Shown here: one piece after another, positions 31,224-45,334 of the stretch
Layout of the letters: each line of letters begins with the position of its first letter
How positions within the stretch are numbered: the stretch's first letter is position 1
Assembly: GCA_012295275.1 (NCBI GenBank)
Contig: CM022668.1
Coordinates: 5,146,001-5,210,000 of the forward strand
Source of the DNA: Chrysomallon squamiferum
Taxonomy: Eukaryota > Animalia > Mollusca
DNA: 64,000 nt
Direction of reading: 5' to 3'
Position numbers and translations under genes: made by a program
The notes under the pieces: generated by a model
Told to the model about the DNA's origin: nothing
What the model saw: the letters and a program-made list of their open reading frames with translations, nothing else
Database searches by the model: none

Positions 31224-34200
31224 ATGGAACAAGGGTGAGTTTATAATTAACTGCTATATATATTCTGAAGCTTGTATATTTTGACTTTGTAGTGTGTACT
31301 ATTGTTTATTACAGGAAGTATTTTCTCAAACCTTGGCGAATGTAAAATATCTTTAGTTGCATTCACTGCTTCAGTCGTTCAATTCATTCTGACCAACACC
31401 CTTTGACCCACAAAAGTTTAAAGGGGTTGTTAAAATGTTTTCAGGTAATTTTAAATAGCATTTTAAGGTCAAAGTACGTGTAAGTGTTTTAGAAACGTCT
31501 GGAGAGGATAATAATAAAATAAAATATTTTTTGAAAACAAGAAATGGATATAATATAATATATAATTACTTATGGTTTTTACATTTGGAGTAGCCATAGC
31601 TGTTAATAGAATAATAATAATATGTTTTGACTTAAAATAAAAAAAACTGACAAATATTCCTTTTGTATTTCTCAGTTAACATTTGACAATCAAGCACCTG
31701 AGTTTCTCTTGCTGTGTATGTAACCAGTGTTTACACTTACAGTAAACATTTATTTAAAATATTTTGTTTATTATTATTTGGATAATATATTTTCTTGTTA
31801 ATAATAGCATATTGATATCAATAAAGTCAAAGAAGCATCTAATAATGCATTTAAGAATTAATATTTGATCTCAAGTCACAAGTGTATCAAAACAACTTTT
31901 TTACTAGAAGTTGAAAGTGTTACTGATATCTTCACCACCATTATTTTACTGTTGTCATGGCAGCATAGTTGATATTTTCAAATGATGCCAAAACTACCAT
32001 CAGTCTATATATATATATATATTGAATATATAATTTTACTGAAATAAGTGATAAAAATCTAAAATACACAAAAGTACATACTTCACTTTTGTGACCTTTT
32101 TATATCCATAAATTGGTATGTAAAGTCAAGTTAATTTAGGTATGTTTAACAAATTTTCAAACCTATTACAGGTTTGTCGAAAAATCTTGGATCTCTGTTT
32201 CCTGTTTGTACTTCATGTTGTAAACATTTTAATTATAAGAATAAAGAAGATGAAAATTATGTGAGTTTAAAATATTAGCTAGTAACTAAAATATACAGAC
32301 ATGTATGGAAACTTTTAGTTTTATTATTTATAAACGTAAAATTTGTGTGTGTGTATACATATACAAATTTACATTATCATATAGTTTCAGAATTTTGGAC
32401 AGGTTTTTATTATAAAGTTAAATTGAAATGTATTGATTAATTTTATGGCTTACTTATTTATTTATTATTCTGATATTTCAAAAATTAACATATCAGCATA
32501 ATTAGGTTTTAATGTTAATTTCTATTGTAAGTTTTCTTCAAAACTAATCTTCAAAGTAACTGAAAGAAATAATTAGGGTATAAATATTTATATAACTATA
32601 CCTCACTAGTATTTAGAATTATGTTGAAGAAACAGTATGATAATAACCTTCTTTTTTTTCAAAGTATTTATGTTTAAATAATGGCAAGAATAAAAAGTTA
32701 TTCCAATTTTATTAATTGTATGTTATAAAAAATTGTAGCTTCATTTTTGTTTGATTACTGGTATAACACGTCAAATCAAATATAAAGATTTGTGCTTGCT
32801 GGCTATGTGTATGTGGGTAATTGCTGAAATGGCTATATGCTTATAATAATCAATACAGGTACTGCACCAATTATCTAGACTCCTTGGGGCCTGAGGCATT
32901 CTGAATTTTCCGGTTTTCTGGTACCAAGACATTTAAATACAAAAATAATAAGGAATAAACATTTTAAAATTAAAAACATTAAGAATGATGATACACAACT
33001 GTGGTGACCAGACAAGTAAACAATGTGGCGAGTGAATGAATGCCACACGGCTTGAAAGAGTAGTTCCAGTCTGGTGAGGACAACACCCTCAGCGTGAACA
33101 ATGAAAATAGTGTTGAGAAAAAAACTTCCCGTTTTCTGATCTTTCCAGATTTAAGGATGCCAAATAATTGGTCCGGTACCTGTATAATCTTTGCCTACAG
33201 GTCTACAGGTAAGTTAGGAGTACACAGCTTATTCATGCGCTGCAGATGAAATTATTACTTACACACTGACTCACTTAACATTTGGTTTATTTTTAACAGG
33301 AGAGGTAAAACTCCACGGAAGAGGGCTGTGTCACAACAACAGGACCCGGTTGAGGTTTGTAGTTTATAGATGACATGATAAATATTCTCATTTACACCTA
33401 CAGAATATTAATTTTTACTTGTTTTATTTGTATACTTTATTATTATTTTTTTTTTCCCATTTCTTTTTTCTCTTGTCATGGCCGTGAAGATTTCTGTGTT
33501 AATTTTAAATATCATCTGATATTTTAATTGCCTGCCACCATATTCACATTTCTTTTTCAATACTGTTTGCAGTCCATAGTTGAAACGTATTAATGGTATA
33601 GTTTAAAATAAAATGAAATCAACTTCAAACAGTTATGTTTCAGACACTGTAATGGTTATTATTTGTGTTTCAGGTGTATTGCCGGGTGCGTCCACTGGAA
33701 ATCGCTGATTCTGAGCTGTGTGTGAAAGTTGTTAATGAAAAGTGTATCAGACTTGTCCCTCCTGAGGTGAGTTTTCTGGATTAATCACCATGGCAACTAC
33801 AAATTAGAATGCAGTCTATCTCTCCATGAGGCATATATTTCTCAAAAGCCAATTTCTGACCATCTGTTTTTTATCAAGTTTGTCATCAAATTTACAGATA
33901 TATTTTTTTTATTTCTGTTTTTAAAAAGATGTTTTCAGTATATTATGTTACATATAATATATTCAGAAAATTAGAATTAACTGTAGTAATTATAATTTAT
34001 AGACGACGTTTATTAAAAGTTTCTTTGACTGGATTGTGTTATGTTTCATGGCTTTCAGCGATTTAACTATCAGCATGTCTTTATTCTCTATTGTATTTAA
34101 ACATGGTCATATTTATCTGAAAATACAATCTTTTCATTTCACTCAGTAATTTTTTTTTATTATTTGAATGTAAACTTGTTTTGATAGGAATTGACTAATG

Positions 34201-35179
34201 TTCTATTTATGCTATACTTAACACAAGCCTGGATTATAGTGTTAGTCTAAACTTTATATTATTACATATTTATTCTTTAATTCACAGTAAATGTTTGTTG
34301 ATCTGTTAATGGATGTAATTAATTGGAATAATTATAATATCAGTATTATTATTATGTTCCTATGATCTGTAGCTTAGTTATTTTTGATTTTCATTAAAAT
34401 TCATATTTAAATATTTATCAGCATGAGCTTTTCTGTAATAATCATTTTTTATTTTCACTGAGTATATGAGTGTTTCTTTATTAATTTTTAGACATTTTTT
34501 TAAATGTTAAATTTGTTAAATGCATGTGCACTGGCATGTGATTTTTAAATTCTTTTTTAAAAGCAGTTTTCTTTTATTATTACTTCATTCATATGTTTTT
34601 ATATTTTCAATTCTGTTAGGTTTCCATGGAGAGCTTTTTTCCAACTGTTCCTTAATTAGTTTCTTTTCTTTATTTAAATAATTATCAAACCATATTATGA
34701 ATGATAATTGTTTTCATGGAACTTTTAAAAAAGAAGAAGAAGGAAAAAAGAAAGAAAATGTTTCTCTTTGTTTACCTTTGTTGAGTTTGAAATAATGTAA
34801 AGTAAATTAAAAATGATTAATAAAATGTTTAATGCAGAACATAAAATCTAACTTTACTGTAGCTCGTCATGGGTCTATTTTTCTTCAGTGATATAGGCAT
34901 GAAACTTGTACTTGAAATACGTAATGCAAATGAATTTTGAAATCTTCTGGAATGTTTTAGGTTTTAGATAATCAGTTCTGCTTCTTTTCTTTTCTGCTTT
35001 GTAGAACGCTGTTTCTAGAAATGGACAAGTTAAAGAGGTAATCTTGAAATAAAATATTTTTTTTCTATTGCCAAAAGCACAAAGAAGTCAGTTCTTAAAG
35101 ATTTTCTTCCATCAGAAAATATATTTTGTGATCTAATATGAAGTTATCTTTCATAAATGTTAAAAAAAAAAAAAAAAAA

Positions 35180-35213
<34 letters not shown>

Positions 35214-36031
35214 TAAAAAATATGTTTCTCATTAGTTAGTGAATTTTTAAACTTTAATATTAGTGTGTGATTTACATTTTCAGTCTGTATTTCAATTTTT
35301 TTCTTTATTTTTTTTCTTTTTCTGAGTATTTATATTTATATTTGAACTATAAACTATAATATACATTAATTTTTTGATTTTGGGGTTAAATTTTTTATAT
35401 TATCGTATAAAATTGTTTCATTTGTATTTAGTATTTATTATATCAGACTTCCATTAAAAGTAAAATGAAGTTTATAAATATACTAAAAAAATATGTTTTT
35501 AACTTTGTTGTTTTATTTGCTACAGTTAATACACACATAATAAAATTTATTAATAGGTGGATTAAAAACAAAGCAGGATGTTGAGAATTTAAAATTTAAA
35601 ATTTTTAGCTGGAGTATGCATTTGAGCACGTGTTTGACGAGTACACTTCGCAGAAAGCCGTGTTTGATTACGTCGCCTTGCCACTAGTAGAAGATCTGCT
35701 TCATGGCAAAAATGGTTTGTTTTTACTGATACTTGATATTACTGTCCTTTACTACCACTGTTATCACTTTCCTGAGTCACCCTGTTTAAACAGAGTTTGC
35801 CATTGATAAGTATGTGATTTCATGTTAGTGGTATTTATTACACATTTCAAACAGTTTTATTTTTCTGCGTTTGAAATGTGAACTGCATGACTGTACTTGT
35901 TTGTCTTTTTTTGTTTTTAAACAAACTTTTATGTCTAAATATTTATGGCTTGTATTTTTTCAAAGAGTTGATATTATTGTTACTTAATAAAATTCTGTCA
36001 TGCATTATTTTTACTTGTTTAATTAGGAAAG

Positions 36032-36120
<89 letters not shown>

Positions 36121-39100
36121 CTATGTCTGTATGTGTATGTAATATATATATATATATATATTCTACACTTTCAAGTTATGTTTATTTATTTATTTATTTA
36201 CAGGTTTACTGTTTACCTATGGAATCACATCGTCTGGCTAAGACGTACACAATGACCGGTCACCCACAGGACCAGGGAATCATGCCTCGCTGCCTCGACG
36301 TCCTCTTCAACAGCATCAGGAGTGTTCAGGCCAAGAAATACGTGAGTTTGTTAAACACAGGATCAGTTATTGATAGATTTCTTAGATATATTTAGTTTTT
36401 TATTTATTTATTTTATTATTTGTTTTCACTATTTACTTTTTATTTATTTATTAAATTAGTAGTATGCTGATGTCAGTGAATAATTACTCAGACTTAGGTA
36501 AAAATTAATAAGTGGTATATTTGTACTTAATTATTTTAATTAAGCATACGAGAGTACACAATACACAGATCATGTGCTGTATAATTAGTGCAGTCAGTAA
36601 ACATGCATTAATTTTTTGACATGCACAGAATCTTTAGGTTTTTTTTCATTTCGTTTATTTATTTCTTTATTTTTGTCATTATTAAAGTCTAGTACAGTAT
36701 TCTGCTAGGTGCTTAATTATTCATTTTTTTCATTATTATATTATCACTGAAATAAATAAAAATAAATAAACTGGGTGGTCCATAACATCACCATTGTTGT
36801 TGTTATAATTATTATTACTGTTCTGTTATTAAATATTTTTATTTTATATTTTATTTGTTTTTATTTTTTAATTATTTAATTATATATATATTTTTTATGT
36901 GATTTTATTTATTTATTTTAATTTTTTTTGTTAAAGCTAGTGCCAATGTTATTGACTTTATTTATATCTGGGGTGTTTACAGTTATTATTTTGATACACA
37001 GGTTTTCAAGCCAGACAGGATGAATGGTTTCGAGGTGCAGACAGAAGCTGATGCCATGCTTGAGAGACAGAAGAGAGAAATCTTACCTAATCTGACCCCA
37101 AAGACACCAAGCACACCCAGAACTAAGTATGTAAACTCCTGACAGAACAAAAACACACTTTCTTGTTGAAAGACTTTGTACTGTAATAACACTGAGTAAA
37201 TGAAATGGGAATAAGAATTCAGAATATTTGTTTTCAAAAATAAGATTTAATTTTATTGTGAGGTTTCTTCATGTATTATCTTTTCTCTTATTACCTCAGT
37301 TTTCATTACGTGTAATATTATTCATTCGTTCATTTACTTATTTACTTATTTATTTATTTTATTTATTCATTTACTTATTTATTTACTTGTATATTTGTTT
37401 AATTACCTAATTTCTTGATTTTTTTGTTTAATCTTTTATTTACTTATTTACTTATTACTTTTTTATTTACTTATGTGTATTGTTTAATTACTTAATTTAT
37501 TGTTTGTTTATTTATTTATTACCTCTTCATTTGTTTATTTATTTATGTATTTACTTAATTAGTTGTTTATTTATTATTTATTTATTCATGACTTATTTAT
37601 TTAAGATTCATGTTTATTTATTATTTGTTTAATTTTATTTAATTATTTTTCTTTTTTTCATTATTTATTTATTTGCCTGTGTGATTATTTATTGTTTGGT
37701 TTGTTTGTTTAAAAACTCAGAGACCGTGGTGATTTTCAAATGGAGACAGCTCGTGTACCTGACATGTCAACTGTTGGGGACATTGAGGAAGACAACTGTT
37801 ATGCAGTGTTTGTGTCGTACATCGAGATCTACAACAACATTGTCTACGACCTGCTAGAGGAACTGCCGTTTGACACAATCACTGGTTACAAGTGAGTTAG
37901 TTTTGTCTGTCCATCTGTCATCTGTTATCATAATCACTGGTTATATGACCACAGTGACTGGTTAAATGTGAATCTAGTTCTGTCATGTCTGTCCAGTTGT
38001 CTGTCCATATATGATTAGCTACATTATGTTATAAATTAAATCAAGATGGATATTTGTTAATAATACAGAGATGTATATATTTGTTGTTATTTTTTTTTTC
38101 CCATTCCAGACCACCACAGTCGAAGATCCTGCGTAAGGATGGTTCTGACAACATGTACGTTCACAACTGCGTGGAGGTTGAGGTGAAGAGTCCAGACGAT
38201 GCATTCGAAGTCTTCTACAAAGGTAACAGTGGGTTAATGTTAAACAGTGGGCGTATTAGAAATGAACTGAAGGGACAGTTTTATTTTTTTTAAACAGTGC
38301 AAAGTGGTGGTTTTAATTATTACTTGGGTACAATGTAGCCAACTTGTTTTATCACCTCATTGTATCTTCTGATTCAGAACATTTTCATATTTTTTTTATT
38401 TATATCTAACTCTAAATGAGAACATTTATAATGATTATTTTTATTAATGTTGTTTGAAGATCTTAAGGGATTTATATAAAAGTGATGTTTCTAAAGTTTT
38501 TTTTATAAAAAGAAAAAAAAAAAAACATGATTGGTATCTGTTGCAGAGATGATTTTAATTTATTTCTGTTGTTGTTATAATTCATATTACTGCTGTTATT
38601 ATTACAACTACTGAATGGTACTACTGCTAGTAATGCTATTGTCATTATTACTGTCACTATTACTGTAATTATTAATACTATTATTACTATTTTTATTATT
38701 ATTATTATTATTAATATTGTTGTATTACTACTACTACTACTGTTGTTGTTGTTGATGTAGGTCAGAAGAGAAGAAAGGTGGCTCACACGACTCTGAATGC
38801 TGAGTCAAGTCGCAGTCACAGTGTGTTCACTATTCGCGTCGCACAGGCCCCACTTGATCTCCGCGGTGAGGAAGTTGTACAGGTATGTCACACCCATCTG
38901 ATCTTTTCACTGTGTGCGAGTTAAATGTTAGGTATACAGATTGATTGCATAGTGGGTATGTTGATAGATGTGATGTCAGATATATAGATGTTTTATATAG
39001 AGCATGACTGTAACTAGACTTAATTAGCGAGGCAAAATAATTTGGGAAAGGGCTCCACCTTGAAAGACAAAATCCTCAATTCTAGACATTTATATTTTAT

Positions 39101-41967
39101 ATTTTCTTAAATAAAATCTTTATGTGTGTGTGTGTATATATATAAAAACAAAAAAAAATCATCAATTTTACTATGAGTCATTTGCCTCAATGTAGTTATG
39201 GCCATGTAGTCGGTATATTAATACCTTCGCAAATTGAAACAAGTTTCTGCTCATACTTATACATGATTTTCTGAATGCTGGGGAAGCCTGTAGTAGATCA
39301 ATAACTGCCTACATCAGCACTGGAAGTCACGTCACTAATGCACAGCAGTTTTCAAAAGTGTGACAAGATCTCTGTCATTCAGCACCAGTGGTGTTAAGGA
39401 ATTATGGGGATATATATATATATATTAAAAAGTTACTGCAGATTTAAGGAAATGTAGTCATAGCCCAATACATTTTTTTCACAGACATGAAGGATAATGA
39501 ATTAAATTAACTTAAGAATTACTAGAATAAATAATTTTTGTTTTATTTATTTATTTATTTATTGGAAGACATTTTATTGCCCACAAAATGGTTGTATCAT
39601 GTGGTTGGATTTTAAGAGTATTTATATTTTTTTTGTAACTGGTACAAAATATTGAAAACTGAAAAACAAACATCTTTATTTCGGGTATCACTTCAGTGTA
39701 GCTTGATTTGTCTTTCATTTCAACTGTTAATATACAATAACATGTAATTTGTAATTATAAAATTTATGACATGTGTGTCTGTCTTTCTGTCAGGACTCTA
39801 ACAAGATTGTCGTCAGTCAGCTGTCTCTTGTTGACCTGGCAGGAAGTGAGCGCACGAAAAGAACTCAGAATCAAGGGGAGCGACTCAAGGAAGCTGGTGA
39901 GTTATCTTTGTTCTCAGAATGTCAGGCACTTTGTTTCTCCTATTCGCCAAACATAAACATGTCATTTTGCTTAGCTGGGCCGATATAGATCAATAATAAA
40001 TGCACGAGGAAACACTTTCTTTTCTTTTTTTTTTCAATTGTTCATAATACATTTGAATATATACACAGTTTTATTATTATAGTGTTTATTTTATATATGG
40101 TTTTATTATATATACATAGTTTATTATATACACAGATTTATCGTATACATACTGTTATTTTATATATTGTTTTATTATGTACATAATTTTATTATTTGCA
40201 ATTTTATTATGTACATAATTTTATTATTTGCAATTTTATTATGTACATAATTTATTATATACAGTTTTATTATATTTAGTTTTATTAACTACATTTTTTT
40301 CAATGAGATATATGATCTAGGGTAGAAGGAATTTCACAGTTGTAAAAATCACATTTTCATTAATAGCTATGTACTAGAGAAGCAAAATGGAAATTATTTA
40401 CTTATGGAAAATAGGGGTAACTCATGCAAAATAGCTATATCTTTGAAAACAAACAATTTTTATCTTTATTGTTGTTATTAATGTTGTTATTTAGTTTCTA
40501 TTTTAAAATTAATTTTAGTGTTGTGTTCTATTTTTGATACACTGTGCGTTGTCTTTTTATTTTAAATATATTTATTATTATTATCGTTGTTATTTATATT
40601 TATTTATGTGTAGTTTTTATTATTATTGTTGTTGATCCTGTAATCCTGTTTGCTTATTTGCAGAGCAACAGGTAACATGTTTGAATGGTTTTAAGTGGTG
40701 ACTAATGTATTTTTGTTAACTGTTTTGATTTTGTTCTTTCAGGAAACATTAACCAGACTCTGATGGTTCTGAGGTCTTGTATTGAAGTTTTGAGAGACAA
40801 CCAGAAAAACAACACAAACAAGGTAATAAAAAAAAATAATAATAATGATGACAATGTAAAAACAACAGTTGGTTTAACAATAATATTAAAAATAATGCAT
40901 TAATTTGAATAAAATATCTCATATTATCTTTTGAAACATCAAAGCTAGCATGTTACATATTTCTTCTCTGTCAGCTGTGAGTTCTTGTATATCACCTTGA
41001 CCTCCAGTATTACTGTTGGAGAACAGTGTACATCAAAACACACATTGTAAAGACAATCATTATGAACTAATTTTACTTTGATTTAAAAAATAAAAAATAG
41101 ATGGTGCCATACAGAGATTCCAAGGTGACACACCTGTTTAAGAACTATTTTGATGGTGAGGGCAAAGTCCGAATGATTCTCTGCATAAACCCTAAAGCGG
41201 AAGAGTTTGACGAAACTCTTGTAAGTACTTGTCATTTCTCATAGTTACATAAGTATTTAATAGTCGTAAATGTTTATTATGTTATCTATATGAGAGTTCT
41301 AAATATTCATTATATATTGACTTTGAGAATTGCTTGTCATGTTGACAGTTAAAAAGACTTATAAATTTTTCAGATTGTAGTGGGGTCTTACATATTTTAT
41401 GAGGATTGCATAACTTGAGTATGAGAGATCTTTTCTTTTTTTTGCTATCTTTGGAGAATTATCAGTTTTTATCACTTTGAAGTTCACAAGACTATAAATT
41501 TTAACCCCTTATTTTTTAAAAATTAAAAACAAAAATTTACACCTTATAACCTGAGTTACAACTTGAGTTGGAGCTTTGAGATAAGTAGTAAATATACACA
41601 TTATCAGTGGACGTGTATTGGTGATTATATATATACAGTAAATAACATGTGAACAAACACACAATGTATTTGTTTTATTCAGTTGGAGCAAAAATGTTTA
41701 GCATTTTTTGTAGCACATTTGACATATGATTGAAATACAAGAGATAAAATACATGTTCTGGAAGATGAAAAAATGTGGTTCAGGAAATCTGTTTATAAAT
41801 ATTTAAATATTGACTTTTATACTAACCCAATAAAATAGTGGTGCATTTATATTTTCTGTTTATGTCCCAAATAAAGTGCACTGGTTATAAACAAAAAAAT
41901 ATATATGTGCTTCCTATCATAGCTATGTTATCATTTTTTTTTAATGTTTTTATTTTGTCATTTTGAG

Positions 41968-41999
<32 letters not shown>

Positions 42000-42341
42000 T
42001 ATTATTACTACTATTATTTTTTTTTTGTATTTTTTTAATTTGCTCTGTATTGGTATTTTCCAGCATGTCATGAAGTTTGCACAGCTCACGCAGGAAGTAC
42101 TGGTTACCAGGCAACAGCAGATAGAGTTTGATACTGGTTTCACGCCTGGCCGAAGAAAGATGAATCAGAAGTTTAAAGAAGTCATGGAGCTTAATGCTGA
42201 AAACGAGAGTAGGATAACTTCCTCCTTTCTTTTCTTCATCTTCTTCTCCTTTTTCTTCTTTTTCTTCTTCTTCTTCTTTCTTTTTCTTCTTTTTCTTCTT
42301 TCTTCTTCTTTTTCTTCTTCTTCTTCTTCTTCTTCTTCTTC

Positions 42342-42373
<32 letters not shown>

Positions 42374-45291
42374 CTTCACTGATAAGTACAGAGTGGTGTA
42401 TTTCAAAGCAGTGCTGTTATTTTTGTGTCTGTTGTTACTGTTAGTCAGTTAGTCAGTCAGGAATTCTTGCAAAACAAAGTCTACAGTCTTGTTGATAATA
42501 TGTGAAAGACAGAAACATTGTCTGAATTAAACAAATGAAAAGTATTGATGGTATAATTGTCTGCAGTATTCATTTTTGTATAGATGGTTTTTAGGGACAG
42601 TTTCTGATTGAAAAGATTTAACGTAAAAATCTTTTTGTTTTCAGTCAGACTGGAAGCACCTCTACCAACTATTGAATACAGCCTAGGACAAGGATTCCCA
42701 CCATTAGAGGTAAACTGGGATAGTTAGTTTAATGGTTAATCATATTTGCACGTGTTTGTCTGTTATAATAACATGTATTAGTTGCTGTATAAAAATAAGG
42801 ATGAATTTTTACACTTGTGATACGTAGATGGGTTTTGTGTTCCAAACAATTTGCTTAAAAAAATCACCTAATTTAGAAATTTCGAATTTGCTCAGTAAGG
42901 AATATTATCTTTAGTGTGAAACTAAATAAGATATTTGTTTTCTTCATTTTTTTTTTTCATTCTTTTGTGGCATTTAAAAAAAAAAAATCAGTTCAATTCA
43001 GTGCAAAACATAAAACTAATAAACGAATGGAATTGACACATTTAGTAAATTACTCTTATTACAAGTACATAAATGTTTTAGTAAAAATAATAATAACAAC
43101 AGCTGAAACTTTTGCTAATTTCAAAAATGTCATGTAGAGAATTTGATTAAAAATATTAGAGTAAATGTTGTAATTTTAAACATATTGAAGTCTGAAGTAT
43201 TTTCGGGCAGTTTTGTGTGACGACATTCAGGTCTTGTTTTGTTTTGTTTGCAGTTGCTCAGTTCAGCAGATGAAGCCACTCTGCATTCACTGGAACTGTT
43301 TTTGGAAGAACGGGAAAAACGGAGACACATGCTGTTAATTGATCAAGCAAGGCGGGGTGAGCATAACATATTTTACATTTCAAAACCCGCTTCTCAAAAC
43401 AGTCACCATGCTGGAGAGAATGTAACAAAATCTTTAATTCATACAGTAATGTATTGCAGACTGATTTTGTTGGATTCTGATTACGTATCTTTTAAATGCA
43501 GACATTCTATAAATTTTGTATTTATATCTTTATGACACTAAATTAATTTTGTATGTTTTACAGTCAAGTTGTTTATATTTTTTTAATTATTATTATTCTT
43601 TTTTGTAATTTATTTTTAAAGTAATTTTCCCCTTGTTTATTCCCTGTAGGTTTTTGGTTTGAGAATCAGCTAGTAATTTGTTTCTAAAAAACCCAACAAG
43701 AAATGTAATATTTCATGGTTCATAAAGCTTAAAACCACTGAAATGTAACATTTTATGGTTGATAAAACTTAAGATATCACTGAAATGTAATGTTTCGTGG
43801 TCGATAAAGCTTAAGACATCATTGAAATGTAATGTTTCATGGTCGATAAAGCTTAAGACATCACTGAAATGTAATATTTCATGTTTTTTTTTATCATTTC
43901 ATGAGAATACATTTAACACGACTGTGTTTTGTTTTCAGAGGACGACTTCCGTGCGGAGCTGGTTGAGTTTGAGAAGCAGTACAATGAGATGAAAGCGAGG
44001 CTGGCGGAACTGGAGCCTGCGGTGGACAAACGCGAGAAAGACGTGCAGCGCCTGGAAGCTCGGAACCGGTCTCTGGAGAAGAAGAACGACGAGTTGTCGC
44101 GGGCGATGCGACATGGAGAAAACTCAGCAGACTCTTGGCTTGAAGGTAAATTCTTTTCATGTGAGTCAAGATAGACAGTGTTCCTGTTAGTTGTGAATTG
44201 GTTTGATTTTGGCATCAGAGTTTTAAAATGTAAATAAATAAATAATAATAGCCATAGAGTTGTTGTTTTCAGTGTGACAGTTTTCTGTCAGTGTTGTCAG
44301 AAGAAAAATAACAAATACAAAATTAAATTAAAATGGCCATACGGTTGTTTCTTTAGTTTCAATACAGCTTCAGTCCTTGATTTTTGTCTTCAAAATTGTA
44401 GAAGGTAGTCTTCTGTCAGCCAGTGCTATCTAAAAAAAAAAAAAAATTAAAAATATTTGACTTCTCTTGCTTAAGTTTCAGTATAGTTCACACTTTGATC
44501 TCAGGATATCAAGATCATTTTAGACTATTTTGACAGTCTAATCTACAGGTGAAAGGTTCAGGATATGTCTTAAACTATTTTAAGAAAAATATTATTTTAG
44601 TTTCTGTAATAAGCTATTAAAAAATAAATTTTTTTCTTCACAACAAAAACTGCAATTAGTCTATAGTCTTCCTAAACTGAAATCAGATCATTTTCACCTG
44701 ACAGTTGAAGTGGTTATCAGACTGAATGAAACTTTTAAATTTTATTTTTATTTTATATTTTTATTTTTTAAATTTTATTCACTTATTACTTTGTGACATA
44801 AATTTCAGTTACAAGACAAGAACTGGAAGATAGATTCGGAGAGACGTGAGAAAGAGAGACTGAAAGCCGACTTCAGACAGAGGCTTGAGATGAACAACCA
44901 GCAGTGGGAGAAAAATCTGGTTTGTAGACAGAAAACCTTTCACTATGTAATTAGAAACATGTCCTGGCAAAATGAACAAGGCTGGTAGTAGTTGTGCTGC
45001 TTTCACACAGGTGACAGCACATGCTGGGCTGGTAGGATGTTTAGGGGGGTCTTTAGCAGCATATCCACTTTGATGCGTTTTTTCCTTGAGTCTGGTTTCT
45101 TTTGTTAACAGTAATGAAATTTTGAAAGGATGTATCTGCTGAACGGATCAGTCAGCCACAGGTGTTTAAAGTGTCAAACTTTAGACGTCATCTGTCTTAA
45201 AAAGCTATTTGTTTTTTTGGTTTTTTTAATTCTTTTTGCAATGTTTGAACACATGATTTATGTATGGTTTGCAGTGTTTGAATTATTAATT

Positions 45292-45334
<43 letters not shown>

